Assembly: GCF_008831285.2 (NCBI RefSeq)
Contig: NC_045138.2
Coordinates: 26,226,001 to 26,290,000 of the forward strand
From: Nymphaea colorata
Lineage: Eukaryota
Direction: 5' to 3'
Length of the DNA: 64,000 nt
Shown here: in pieces, positions 13,745-27,109 of the stretch
How the letters are laid out: each line of letters starts with the position of its first letter
Numbering within the stretch: the stretch's first letter is position 1
Made by a program: the position numbers and the translations under genes
Notes under the pieces: generated by a model
Told to the model about the DNA's origin: nothing
What the model saw: the letters and a program-made list of their open reading frames with translations, nothing else
The model's database searches: none

Positions 13745-13905
13745 TGTAACCCAGCCCATTTATACTCCGCCTGGGCGCAGGTTTATACCACATGGGCTGG
13801 AGCCAGGTTTATGCATCGCGTTTTCGGCCATACTAGACGCTTCTCTGCTTTTGATTGCGCTGTGGCTGCTAGACGCTTCGGTGCTTTTGATTGCGCTGTG
13901 GCTGC
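13745..13905 (-). promoter_or_regulatory. NUA proximal promoter with site II-like motifs and a 36-bp tandem duplication
   Basis: AGCCCA (~13753) and TGGGCT (~13793) lie just upstream of the CT-rich 5' leader; CTAGACGCTTC..TGCTTTTGATTGCGCTGTGGCTG is repeated at 13833 and 13869. Confidence 0.4.
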
Positions 13906-15152
13906 AGCCTGCAGGGCAGTTGCTGGTTCGAATCTCATATGTACCTTTCTTCCTTTAATACAAGTTTTTTGTCGAGCTCTAGTCGGTTGAGCCTTAGGTC
14001 TGCTCGGCCCGATGCTCAGTCTTAATTATAAATAATTTGAATATTGATGAAATTATTAGGTTTTGAATATTTAGGACAATTATAGATTAAAGCTATTCAT
14101 GCTGATGGAACCATAAATGAATATAACTAGTTCAATTTGGAACAATTTACAGTGGATAACAAACTCAGTATATGCTAAGCAATTGGGGGAGGGGATCGCG
14201 GGAGGGGATCGCCTCGTTCTTATACCTGCTTCTGAGGTGCATGAATATGCTCATATTCGGTGAGGAACGGTACACCCATTAACTAGAGTGACACATATTT
14301 ATGATTTGTAATCCCTACATCATGGTTTCAATAGATTGACAACGGCAAACATGTCCACACCCACTCTTAGATCAACATATTAGAGCATGTACATCGGATT
14401 TACTAAAACTGAAAGATCAATGTTCGTAGATTTTTTCAACATTCCCTATTTCATAAAATTTATCTTAAAATCCAGTAATAACTTATCTACATGATGATCT
14501 GCAAGGGTAAAAGTTTTCAATTATACAAAGGAGAAGGTCTTCAAACTGTGATTGAAATATGTATCATGGCGCAGCCACTGTTGCTAAGGTAGCTGTCTGG
14601 GTTTTGAACGCTTCTCTGATGCGAACAAGGATGCAAAGTGTTCGGATTCATGAGTTTGGTTTCCCCTTCCACTGAATTCGATCCTTTCTATGTAATCCAA
14701 TTCATATTCAGACCCTTTTCCCAAACTCAATTAAACACCAACATAAGATCTGATACTTTTATACAATCAGATTAGATATTCCCACTCAGTTGTCGGTCTT
14801 AGATCGAAACTGCATTTTGGAACCAAATCTGATCAGTAAATGGGATTCAAAATTATTGTAATAATTTCAAATTCGGATCGAAATCAAGCTCAACAGATCC
14901 ATCCACGCCGCAGCTGTGGAGGCAAATTTTGATTGCATTTGAAAGAAATCGAGAGATCAGACACCTTTTTCCTATTATCCAGGATTTTAGATTTCAAATA
15001 CATTTCTTCTACAATCCAAGTTTTTTTACTCGGATGCATGACTCATTTTTTCTAACCTAAATAATGAGAATTCCCTGAAGGAGCAAACCACCAAGTGAGA
15101 TTGCCCTTCACAGCCATGCCCCTCCATGACTATATGTTGGAAAAATTTTTAT

Positions 15153-15399
15153 GGCCCTGTTTGGACGACAGAAAGCACAACCGGTTTACAGGTTTTTGAC
15201 TCCAAATCATGATCTTGGGAAACCGGATCTGCCAAGAACAGGGTTTAGAGTTGTTTGGATGACAAAACCTAAACTCAGATCAAGCAAAAATAGTTTGCAA
15301 ATTCTTTGGCCAACAGGAAATGGGTCCAATGAAATTGCCCATGTTCGGGGAACCTCCCAGCCAGCAGCTGGCCGGAAAACTGGGCGTCCAAACAGAGAG
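15153..15399. mobile_element. Tourist-like MITE (degenerate)
   Basis: Inverted ends CTGTTTGGACG ... CGTCCAAACAG; no clear TSD. Confidence 0.5.
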
Positions 15400-18300
15400 A
15401 GAAGTGGGTCCGCATCCACGGAGTGTTGACTGATCATTTGGGACTTGATCCAAGTTCTTGAGTTCAGTACTCTTCACAACCTCCCTCAAGGGCCGAGCCA
15501 TCAAATTTTGGTTAAGAGGCACTAGTTATAAAGTTTTTAAAATTTTAAGGGGCGCCAATATGAAAATGAAAAAAAACTACCCGAAGTATCAATACGAAAA
15601 TAGACATTTTTTGTGGATCTATATAGCTGATTGCCCACACAGTGCCCACGTCTTCCTCCGCCCCTGACCTCCCTCCTACCATCCTTCTGCTTCTCCAGTT
15701 TCCTGTCCTCCTTTTCAATTTCACAGTGGGCAAATCGAAAAGCTTGTGAACGTTTTCTTACCCATCCTTCACTTTCAACAACAAGATGGTTTCAAGACCC
15801 TGCTCAGATTGTGGACCTAATTGTTCTCTGACGCTGAAATCTCAACATCCTTTAGTTTACTATGTCTGGCCGAAGGTGTCGCTAGCAAGTCCTTTGGAGG
15901 AGCTAAGGGGTCGTTTGACATCAAGAACAATGTGTGGGTCTACACCAAATTTAGGGCGGAGTCATGGAATATAATGCTCCAAGTTTAGTCATGTATTGAA
16001 GATTGTGAAGAATCTTCAATGGTTTATAAAGGGGTCATTGATGAGATGATTGTCTTGGTTTCTAGCCTTTTCAAGTACTAGAGCCGAAACTGCTAGGGGC
16101 GAGTTGGGATCTGCCGAACCAGAGGCCCGACACTATGAGTGGGTCGGGTCGTTATGTTCTGGCCCCTAACCACAAGGAAAGTGGTTTAGCTGTGATTTTG
16201 TACATGAGATAGATCATGCCTTCTAACTTGTCCTCTTTCCAATTTTAAACATGAGCTTAGGTCCCATTGCTTGGAAATATGTACCTGATCATATTGCCTA
16301 CAACATATAAAACTCAGGACTTTCACTTTAGGGGAACAGTGGAGGTAGGCACCCATGATCCTCCAGATGAGGCCAATGCATGCATCTGCAGTATCAATAA
16401 TGGAGTACTGAAGATAATGTCTTGTGGGTCGTGGCCGGTGGCTTGTGCCTTTCATCTACACTTCAGCTTCATTCTTTTTCATAAGCTATTGCATAAATTT
16501 AAGCAGAGTTTCAATAATGCACTTGAGAGTTGGTTTGCGTAAGAGGCTGCAGAGAATGAACTTAAAAACCTTCTGAGTTGTAGAAGATCAAGAGCTGGAT
16601 ATCAGATCAGTCTTGCATAATTTGGTGCTGTAATTAAACTGCTCAAAGTAATATGTTATTACTCATGATGGGTGTTTTGTGTATAGCCACTTTCTCTGAT
16701 ACTTGCTATTCTCTGCTCAATTGAAAAGCATAGTTCAGTTCATGTGGGTAGATCTTGCAGAAGCCATGTAAAGCCAGAACTTCATCTTTTGGTTAGTAAT
16801 ATCTTCATGTTATCATTTCCCTAGAGAGGATTGTTTCTTTAACGCAACATTGAGAGTTGAGATTGCAGGGAAAATAAATTTAAAGAAGGAAAAAAAATAC
16901 ACACAAACCGGTTGCTCAAAGCACTTCATTATGCAAGTATCAATCAAATGAAAAATCTAGATCTGTTTGCCTATCTTTCACTTGGTTTGGATTTGAATCA
17001 GGAATAAGTGGCCAAAAATTATTACTCAGTCAGGTTCATGCTTGTGTCTTTTTCATAGACTGTTTATGTGGGGTTAAAACAGAGCTGGATTTTCATATCA
17101 GATAATGACTTCTTTTGATCGATTGACTTAAACATGGCCAAGGAGGTAGGAATATGATTATCATTCCCTAATTTGCCTGTCCCTCTCTTGGTGTAAAGTA
17201 TGCACCAATGTTGTCAATGTCGCCGTGTATCAGCAAGGGTACGGTAAAGGGGTCGAAATGCCCTCCCAAAATATCGGCCTGACATAAGCCGAGGGCAGAG
17301 ACAGGTGTGGGCAATTACCCATTTTCATATCGATACTTCAGGGTAATTTTTTTCGTTTACATGTTGGTGCCTCTTAAAAAATTACAACTAACGCCTCTTA
17401 AGAAGAATCTTCTGGCTCTTCTGATCGACCAAATCGGCCTATATGACCTGGTACAGCCGCGCATCAACCAATATATTATAATATAATAGTAACAAATAAC
17501 TTTTTTTTTATATATATATTTTTACTTAATCTACTGGATCATGTAAGCTCAATTCATGACATGCCTTGATGTGCTAGATTCCAGTCCCCACATAGATTTT
17601 CCCTGCCCCAAGATGTACAAACCAAGCAAAAAATTTTCCCTTCCCTTCATTCACTATTCTTCTGCAACTTGTAAGCAGTAGAAGTTAAGACCAGTCCAAG
17701 GACTCTTGTGATAGTCATGATAAAACCCTAATTTTTTCTTATGGAGTGCTCAAGAAAGCTACCTCCCCAACTTTGGCTTATGCAAGGGGTCCATGCTCCT
17801 TCCCATTATCACTCATCACCACACGATCCTCAAACCCCACAACTCTCCTTTATTTAATGCTTCTGTCACAATTTTCTTTCGAAGCTAGGAAGAGCCAGGC
17901 TCAATGGAGTACATTATTTTCTCACAAAGAACTCATGCAAGGACAAAAGCTTTTCTAAAATTTTGTTGCCAAAGATGCTCCCCGTATTATTAAGGTCGAA
18001 ATTTATTGAAAAACTGTTCAAAAACATTACAAATCAAGAAGATTATGATCAACATACCTACCCATTGCCGACCACATGCATGTCGTGTTCGAGTCCGTGT
18101 TTGTGTCCCTGTGACTCGGAACGACATGTCCTTATAAGGTGTTTGGGACTTGTATTGGCCTTTCTTTGAACACATACAACATTTTTGTTTCTTTCCCCAT
18201 TTTTGTGTTCATTGTACTGACTCAGACGTATTCCAATCTATGTAAAGCTACTGAGCTATTATTGTTCGCTTCTTGGCACAGCCTAGCGGCGAGGGAGAAG

Positions 18301-18855
18301 CGAGGAAGGCGACAACTGACCCACCAAGGGGACCCATAAGAAAAGGGCGGAAATAATCATATGATTCCATCATGTTATGTTGCTTGATGTACAAAATAAG
18401 GGTACCTTTGGAGCATGATCACATGCATGGTCCATTTTTCTGGAAATATTTACTGCATTGCATCATTGCACTTTCTTGGCAAGCATATGTTTTCATTCCA
18501 AATCACCAAACTAAGTCAAAAACCAATGACAGCAATGTCAGACTACCGCAATACGTACGTGTTTGTTTGCAAGAAGTGTTTGATTTCTTCGGAGCATGAT
18601 TTGAGATCTTGGGATTTCAGACAAAGATTTGAAGTCTTATATCTGGAAAATGCAGTGGGCACCTTGGATTTATAAACTTTGCTTCTTGAAATTCAGGGAT
18701 CTCAATTTGTGGGGATCTTAGATCTAGAACTTGGATGTAAGGCAGGCCTCTTGTTAAATCAGACCTTGAGATCTCAAATCCGAGTCAATCAATATGAACT
18801 GCAAGCTCAGTTTCCATTAGGCTTTTGAAGACCTGAGCCGGTCCACGTTGTGCCT

Positions 18856-19047
18856 CAGGGGTAGAGCCAAGGGGGTGCCTGCATGGGCGTTGGCCCCACC
18901 TCAAATTTTTTTTAAAAAATTTATATGTAAATTTTAGAAAATTTTATTTGTTTTATATAAAATTTTTGAAAAATTATATTTCGCTCATGTCAAAATTTAA
19001 AAACTTTAATTCGACCCTCCTAATGAAAAATTTCTCGCTCTGCCCTG
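18856..19047. mobile_element. hAT-like MITE
   Basis: TIRs CAGGGGTAGAGC / GCTCTGCCCTG, AT-rich interior, 8-bp TSD TTGTGCCT / TCGTGCCT (7/8). Degenerate relatives at ~57920-58152 and ~59525-59660. Confidence 0.8.
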
Positions 19048-20161
19048 TCGTGCCTTGCTTGGATTGAACTGGGTGGCTAGATGCTCTAAATGGGTCTGAC
19101 CATCTCGCGGTTAAATCAACGGGGGTCCGGCCGAGCCAACCCGGTGGGAGATGGGTGGCTTGAGTCTAGCCTAAATCAAGGTCAGGTGATCAGATTGAGC
19201 TCTTTCCGTGCACTGAATGTTGGCCCTCTTTGGGTTGGCCTGGCCGGTTCGTTGGTCAAACAGCACAACTTGAGAATCAATAACACCTTATAAAAAACGC
19301 AGTCCTTCGTTGTTCATAACTTTTGGAAAAACATTTATAACCATTTATGAAAAAGCTAAAATATTTATCATATTTTTTAATTATTTATTAAATTTCCAAA
19401 GTATGTCCATCGATCGTGGCCCCCCCCCAGCATTTAGTGGTCAAATTTGCTTTGCTGACCACCGTCCCCCATTCTCCGTTCAACGGCCGACACTTTTCAT
19501 AGAGGCATTCTTATGGAATATCTCAACCATAATATTTTCATATTTAATCTGCATTTTTATTACAAATTTATGTTTTTTTTTTTCAACGGTCAAAAATTGG
19601 TATAATTATATTAAATTTTCATGGCACTAACTATACAAATTACATTAAATGAGGCCGCCTTATTATAAGAATACCGCGTTTTTTGGAACATATCTTTGTA
19701 TGAATGCTTTATAAAATATAAATATAGTCATTGAATAGTCCACTCCAAACGACAGAGTATTATAGTCACCAAACGCTCTCAATGGAGTTAGCAGACGCGG
19801 TTTAACAACCAAGCATTCGGTTGCACTAAAAAGTTGTGCACACATCATGTTATGTGAATTAAAAAATATACCAAAATACCACCATTAATTTTTTTTTAAA
19901 AAAAATTAAAAGGTAAATGACAAAATTAAAAGGCCTAAAATACTCATTAATTTATAAAAAAAATTCAAAAATATCATTCATCCTCTTTGGTGCATACGTG
20001 TGTGCACTCAACTCTATCTACACCAACTCTCTCTGCTAAAACATGGTATATCTTGTGAGATCTAGAGAGTGAATAAATAGGTTTTTAATTTTTTTTTCCC
20101 TCAATTCTATAGGATCACGCGGAATGCAAATTTCCGAATAAATCTAAAAAGTTGCTCTTAC

Positions 20162-20166
<5 letters not shown>

Positions 20167-20230
<64 letters not shown>
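20167..20230. repeat. (TA)n microsatellite, ~32 units
   Basis: Pure TA run. Confidence 0.95.
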
Positions 20231-20234
<4 letters not shown>

Positions 20235-22669
20235 CGGGAAGATGACAAGCCTTGTACTGCTGCATGCACGACCCATGAATAGGAATGCTACGGAATGCAG
20301 TGTCCATGAATATATTCTTAAAAAAAAAAGGAGAAATCCATCAAACATTGCATTCGAAATGATACAGGGTCTGTGTTACTTGCATATCTCATTCTAAGCT
20401 GGTTTGATTAGGTCTTACCATTTTTACTTAGCATAATTAACTTTGATTAGATGACATAGGAGGTTGGGGTGACCTAAGGGGCAGAAGCTGGTAGGCGGTC
20501 AATTTTTGTTTTAATTTTTAGAAAAAAAATATCAATATGTAAGTTGAAGTATAACGATAATATTACCATTAAACACCAAAAGCAGACTTGGTACCCTAAA
20601 AAATGGGAAATGAAATGAATGCTTCGACTCTCATGTTGGGCAGTATATCATTATTTATTGATGCAAATTGGAATACTTTGACTTTGCACCATTTGAAAAA
20701 CCTCGAGGGGCTGTTTGAATGACACTATCGTCTAATCCAGTTTTATTAAAACTTGGTTTACTTAAACCAAATTTTGATATTCTTTTTAATGATTTAAGCG
20801 ACAGACTTATTGGATGGTGGAATTTCTCCTTTTTTTTTTTGGTAATAGCATTTATAAGCCGGCCCTACCAAATAATCGCAGTCCTTGTAGGTACAAAAAT
20901 TCATATATTTTGATTAATAAATAGTTATATAATTTAAAAATAGATCCATGATTGGCTCAAGCGAAGCATTCCATGTCGGTATGCATTTATGTTATCAATA
21001 TATACGAAGGTGCATTCTTATCAACCGTATAAGTTTAAACAAAATTCCATTAAAAAAACAACTTGGAATTGAAGAAAAAGACAATAGCTTTGCTTTTATA
21101 CGTTATGTTTTACTTATTATATTGTTTTCCTTACTATTATAAAGTTGTAATATTCCTTCATGATCATTAATACGTTAATTTTTCACCACTGCTTGCTTGG
21201 ACTTCCAGTATTATAGCAAAGACCGTTATTGACATGGTGAAGGAGTTCGGCCTTTTTGTGCTCGACTTCTTTTTGGTGAACTTTTCACTTTTCAGCGCAG
21301 AAAAGGCCGTCTACGGGACGTTTGATACGTTGGAAATTTCTTTCCTTTTTACAGCTCGGACAAAGGGCCATCAAACGCGAGGTGGATGACTTTTTCTGCT
21401 GTACTCCTAATTCGTATCAGTTTTAAACGAAATTCTCCGATGGACCTAAACGCGTGTAAGACGGAACATCTTTTGATTTTTTTTTCAAGGAAAGGCCATT
21501 GTGGGCTAGTGTTTGATTGTGTAAGTTGAGCTTAGCTGGTCAATCTAAATCGTTTGCATAAAGTATTTTCCGTGTATTTTTAGTTCAATTTATGTGGATG
21601 TTATTATGTATGGTATTCAATTTAAAAGATATGTAATAAAACAATCTTTGAAAGAGATGCTTTGCCTCTAGGAAACTGCCAAATTGTTCACAAAAGTCAG
21701 AAAAAGGAAGAGAGAACGGACTTTTTTTTCCAGATTTTTGACTTTCTTCCCTAGATTTTGATTTAAGAGTGGGGCGCGTTTGACAGGGATCTACGGAACC
21801 CTGGATTGCTTCCAGTGGGGATCGATCACGGGTCGGAATCAGCGAGGACAGGATCCGGTCCTGCGCCTCTCCATCGGTTGCTTGCCGTTCAAGAGCCAAG
21901 GATGTTGTCACGATCGCCGAGCCAACCTAGCGACAGACAGAAACGAGAGAAAAGAAAAGGAAAAAAGGCACAAACTGTCGAGGACAGTGAAGGTAATTGG
22001 AATTCCTCACTTTACAGGTGGCGACAGAAGGCGACCTAATGCAGTTGAGTTGTTCAACGTGGAGCTTTCTCTAATGGCGTCGGCAGAGTTGAGTCTTAGG
22101 TGAAAGGTGAGAAGAAAGAGACTGAGAGGGGTTGCAGGGGTCGAAGTTCAGACTGTGTTGGTCCCAAAAGGAATCGATAGACGGAGAAATTTCAGGGCCT
22201 TTAGTTCGATTAAACAACGGTTGAGTGAAGGTCTTTTTCTTTTTAAATGGAGAAATTATTCTGTTAGAGACAGTGATCCTGTGTCTTTAACCAGAGGAGA
22301 TTAAAGAAGAAGATTAATCAAACATGGGGAGCCCCGAATCTTCCAGGCTCGTGCTCACATGGCCCACCTCTTAGCAAATTTTGAGGGGCTTCCCCCACAC
22401 CTTTTTTTCTTTCACCTCCTCCTTTATTCATCTGCTTGTTTTTTTTTTCTCTCGCTCTCTCTCTCTTTCTTTAGGGGCTTAAAGACGGCAGAGGAGAAAG
22501 AGAAAGATAAAGTGAGAGTGGTGGTAGTGGTGGAGGAGGAGGAAGGAAGGAGAGGAGGAAGGAGACCATCTTTCTTTTTTCTGTTTCTGCTTCAGAGGAC
22601 GTGAATTTGGTAGCAGAAGAGAAAATCTAAGAGAAGGAGGAGAAAGAAGAAAGACTGACGGAGCAGGCA

Positions 22670-25192
22670 ATGAAGATGAAGAAGGAAAAGAGATTAGATC
22701 TGGGGACGATAGATTGGAACTGCAAGGAGATGAAGATATCTCTTGCAGCTCTCCTCATTCTGGGCTCCATCGCGACCCTGGTGGCGCAGCTCCTCCCACC
22801 ACGTTCCTTCTTCTCCGCCTCCCAGTTGCGGACCTGCCTCTCGGAGATCTTCCCGGAATCCAACTCGTCCTTCCTTTCGCTGCCGTCGGGAGGGAAAGTA
22901 CAGGTTGAGCAACAAGATGGCCGCTTCCTCCGCCGGGCTTTCAACCCCTATGGCTCCGCAGCCTACGTCTTCATACAAATGGGCGCTTACAGAGGCGGTG
23001 TGGACACCTTCGCCGTCGTCGGCCTCGCTTCCAAGCCCCTCCACGTCTTCGCCAAGCCGCGCATCGAGTGCGAGTGGCTTCCGGGCAACGCCTCCGCCGA
23101 ATCCATCAGAGTAAACGGCACCAAGATGCTGCCTGACTGGGGATACGGCCGTGTCTACACAGTGGTGGTCGTGAACTGCACCTTCCCCGAGGCCGTCGGC
23201 GTCGACGGCCTCGGCGGACGGCTCGTGCTCCACGCTCATCACGGTGAAGGCGAGGATGTTCCTCCGCCGGTGAGGATCGTGTCCCTGACGGAGCCTGCCG
23301 GCAGTCTCAATGTGTCTAAGTTCACATCGCCGCCGGAATACGACTACCTCTACTGTGGCTCGTCGCTGTACGGTGGCCTGAGTCCTCAGAGGATCAGGGA
23401 ATGGCTGGCCTATCACGTGAAGCTCTTCGGGAAGAAGTCGCATTTCGTGATTCACGACGCCGGCGGGATTCATCCGGAGGTGCTCCGCGTCTTTGAGCCG
23501 TGGGTGGAGGCCGGCTACGTGACTCTTCAAGACATTAGAGCTCAGGAGAAGTTCGATGGGTACTACCACAACCAGTTCCTGGTGGTGAACGACTGCTTGC
23601 ACCGGTACAGATTCTCGGCCAAGTGGATTTTCTACTTCGATGTGGACGAGTACATCTTCGTCCCCAGGAAGAGCCACCTCGATTCGGTCATGAACAGCCT
23701 TCTCAACTACACCCAGTTCACCATTGAGCAGATGCCCATGTCCAGCAAGCTCTGCCTCCTCGAAGACTATCGCAGGGTCAGAAGGTACCCAGATCTCATC
23801 CCCCTCTCTCTCTGTTTCTCATCTGTTGCTGTTGTGCTTTCTCTCTCCTTCCATGTTTTAGCAACTTTTCGTTTTGTTTCTTCAAAACCTGAGCGGATTA
23901 GTTTATCTTCGCCGGATTTCATGGAGGCAAGGATATTGAAACAGATCAGGGAAAATTATGTCTTGAATGGCGTGAATCTCGGGCATTCAAAATGGGTCTC
24001 CTTACCTTAATGATGACTAGCTGGCACAGGGGGGTATCAACCCTTTATTGAATTTCTAATTAATCTCGCCACACGCTTCCTCGTGAATCTGACCAGAACC
24101 ATGCGACATTGTTCCCTTCCTTGTCGCAGTTTATATATTATTGCTACATGTATGTGCATTTACAATATAAAATTATCTTGGTTCTACATTTTGTTGAAGC
24201 TCGTAGTGGGGGTGATCAGAGAGAGAGAGAGAGAGAGAGAGAGCAGTAGAAGGAGAGGCTCCACGATACACCTAGCTTGAAGAGTGGCGAGCTCAAGAGG
24301 TTTTTGAAAGAGGAGAGCTTATCAGTTGCTAAGTTACTGAAGTTAAAGAAAGCTTTGATGGGACGAGGGTGGCGACAATGGGGTGAATACTCCGATCTCC
24401 TCTGAGTTGTCCTATTCTGAGCGAGGTCTCTGACACTCTTTGCAGCTTACTCTCAGCATATGTACTGTGACAGCCTCTTCCATCAACGGCTCTGTATTAC
24501 CAACCCGTTCTACCGGTTCTGCAACTCTCTCATTCCTTGCGTTTCCCACGGCCGCAGTTCCTTTCTCTCCCGTAATCTTCAGATACATTGATGTTGTGTT
24601 GATTTGGGTGTCATTTAATTCGGTTCTCCCCCACATCCGGCCTGCCCATCCTCACATGCATCCCGTTCCTGTCCTTTCTGCCGTCATGAAAATATAAAAA
24701 AAATGGGAAAAGGAGAAAAGGTGGGGGCCGGAGAGAAGGGACGGTAGTTCACTAGAGCTGGATTTTCAGGCTTTACTTTACTTAATGGATAGCCATTAGA
24801 GAATAAGAATATGAAGTTTGATCGGACTCTGAATTGTTCGGTGCAGGCAGTGGGGGTTCGAGAAGTTGGTGTTCAAGGACGTCAAGAGGGGGATCAGGCG
24901 CGACCGCAAGTACGCGATCCAGGCGAGGAACGCCTTCGCCACCGGCGTGCACATGTCGGAAAACGTGATCGGGCCGACGACCCACAAGACGGAGGGGCGG
25001 ATCATGTACTACCACTACCACGACACCATAGCCAACCGGAGGGAGCCGTGCCGGAAGTTCATCAACGTCACGGAGCTGACGTTCGAGGGGACGCCCTTCG
25101 CGCTGGACGACACCATGAGAGCCCTTGCCCCCGCCATCAAGAGGTTCGAGCTCAAGACCATCGGCGACCGCCTCGTCCGCACCCCTCAATAG
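22670..25192 (+). CDS. GALS: Galactan beta-1,4-galactosyltransferase (GT92/DUF23), 2 exons, ~486 aa
   Basis: Exon 1 22670-23784 (AG|GTACC), exon 2 24847-25192 (GCAG|G CAG TGG GGG TTC GAG AAG). N-terminal membrane anchor plus YGSAAYVFIQMGAYRGG, LPDWGYGRVYTVVVVNCTF, YDYLYCGSSLYG, FDGYYHNQFLVVNDCLHRY, FDVDEY (DxD), WGFEKLVF and RRDRKYAIQ, all typical of plant GALS. Confidence 0.95.
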
Positions 25193-27109
25193 CGAAAAGC
25201 TGCTGTACCTCCACCCTGTCGACAATGATTACAGTCACACGCCTGATGATGATGATGACGACGGTGATGATGGTGGCTACTGCACTCGATCCACCTACCA
25301 ACGGTGAAAAACAGGAAAGGGAAAGGCACCATGGTTTCTGCCTTTACTTTCTCCGCCTTCCCTTTTCGAGTTTTTCTTTGCCCTGTTTTTCCTATTTAAT
25401 TAATTGGTTGGGACCTCCAATAATTGTATAGCGACGACGAGGGTGGGCGATCAGTGCGTGCGTGCGTGCCTGTGTGTGTGCGTTTTATAGAATGATGTAT
25501 CTGTGTGGAAGAGAGAGTGAAAGAGAGAGAGAGTCCCGTCCTGCTGTCGGTGGCTGTTTTCTGGTGGCGTTGGTGGTGGTGGTGGCGGAGACGGTGAACT
25601 GTGTGGGTATGCGCTTGCCACCAATCAATGCAAAACATGGGGCTCTCCATCCTCTGTCTTCTCTGTGGGTCCTTCCTTCTTCCTCCTTCAATTCTTTGAA
25701 TTCGTTATGGATCTTCCATTTTTCTACTTTCTTGTCCTCTCCCTGTCTTTTTTTTTTTTTTTATCTCCTTTCTCCGTCTCTCCTGTCATGGAATACAGAC
25801 TGTAAAGAGTTATATATTACTATATCGTCATTTCATATCTCCCTTCCCCTCTTTCACTCTCACGGTTCCTGTCACGCGTCTTCCCGGTAAAAAGAGAAGC
25901 CATGGATTAAGTGGGAAGCTGTTCTCAATGTGGGTGACTCTCCATGACCGAATCATCTCACCGTTTTTCCTGCCGCCGCACTTGTCTTGTGTTTCTCCTC
26001 CTCCTCGTTTTATATCTATATAGAATCTCTGTAAATTTTTAAGTTCGAGACGTGGAAAAATTTATGCATTTATAAAACAGATACTGTTGCGCATCTGATC
26101 AGTGTTTAATTTTTTTAAGTTTGTTTATATGCAAGTGCAGAGAATGGGCTTATATATTGCTTATGCTTAGAAATAGAAAAGGTTCGATGTAAATATTGCC
26201 GTAGATCACGTGACCCCAGTCAAAAATCATTTCATTTAATGGGTCTGGAAAAGTTCGTGAATAGTGTCGAAATTTATGCATTTTGCTAACAAGGCTTAGT
26301 GATATCGACCATGTTTTTTCGGATTGAAATGATATTTTAAGTTGAAGGAGGTCAAGAAAAGGGTCAAAATTTATGCTTCCTCCATAAATGGAAAATACTT
26401 TCTAGAAAGTCAAAAGAATGTGAATTTCAAGAGGTGATATAATCTTCTTGCGACCTACCAATAAATGCAAACAATTTTAAAATTCATACGTTTTATTTTA
26501 AGATCTATGTGGGCTATAACTTTTCAAGATTCTTAATACAAAAAAGAAAGAAAAAAGGAAGCAAAGAAATCCAGCCATCCCACTGTCAATTAAAAAGGAA
26601 AAAAGCGGCCTGAGGTTGGTCAGGAACCTTGTAAGGCTACATACACGTCGTCGGCCATGCAAATTTCTTTAAGCTGCGATATTCTGCCAGGTGGGTCCGG
26701 CGGTGGTGGCAGCTGCTGCCATGCCCTTGCGCCTGCCGGCTGCGCCTTTTTGTTTGTTCCGACTCCGCCGGGCCCGCTGGGGTCCGTCCGCCTTCCCCGC
26801 CGGCCGTCCCTGGTCCCGCCGCGACGGTGACACTTATATATTGTGTGCCGTGGCGCGCATTATCGCCTCTTCAGCCCCTAAAACCAACCGCTTAAAATAT
26901 TGGATACCTAATCTTTAGCTGCAGATATCTCCCTGCATCTGATCCGCTGCCCGTTAACCTTTCTTTTTTAAAATTTAAAAATTAGTTAGTGAGTATCTTA
27001 AATTGTCTAATTATTTTTTTTATTAGCACATCTCAAAGGTCTAGGGATCAGGCCGCCCCTTTTGTTTATTGTAAAATAAAAGAAAAGATGTGTAAAAAGT
27101 ACTTGGCCG

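Noticed and set aside
16186..16542. Overlapping ~90-aa ORFs with a faint IGLIWR(D)HG RNase H-like motif
   Set aside because: A single short motif without the other expected residues; cannot be supported.
20115..20397. ORFs with (IY)n runs (also ~46125 and ~61756)
   Set aside because: Translations of TA microsatellites.
22359..22604. 81-aa ORF upstream of GALS as a conserved uORF
   Set aside because: Made of CT- and GA-rich low-complexity leader sequence and probably starts upstream of the TSS.
22694..23677. 327-aa antisense ORF over GALS (and the overlapping 206-aa ORF at 24811-25431)
   Set aside because: Shadow ORFs expected from high-GC3 coding DNA; no recognisable domain.
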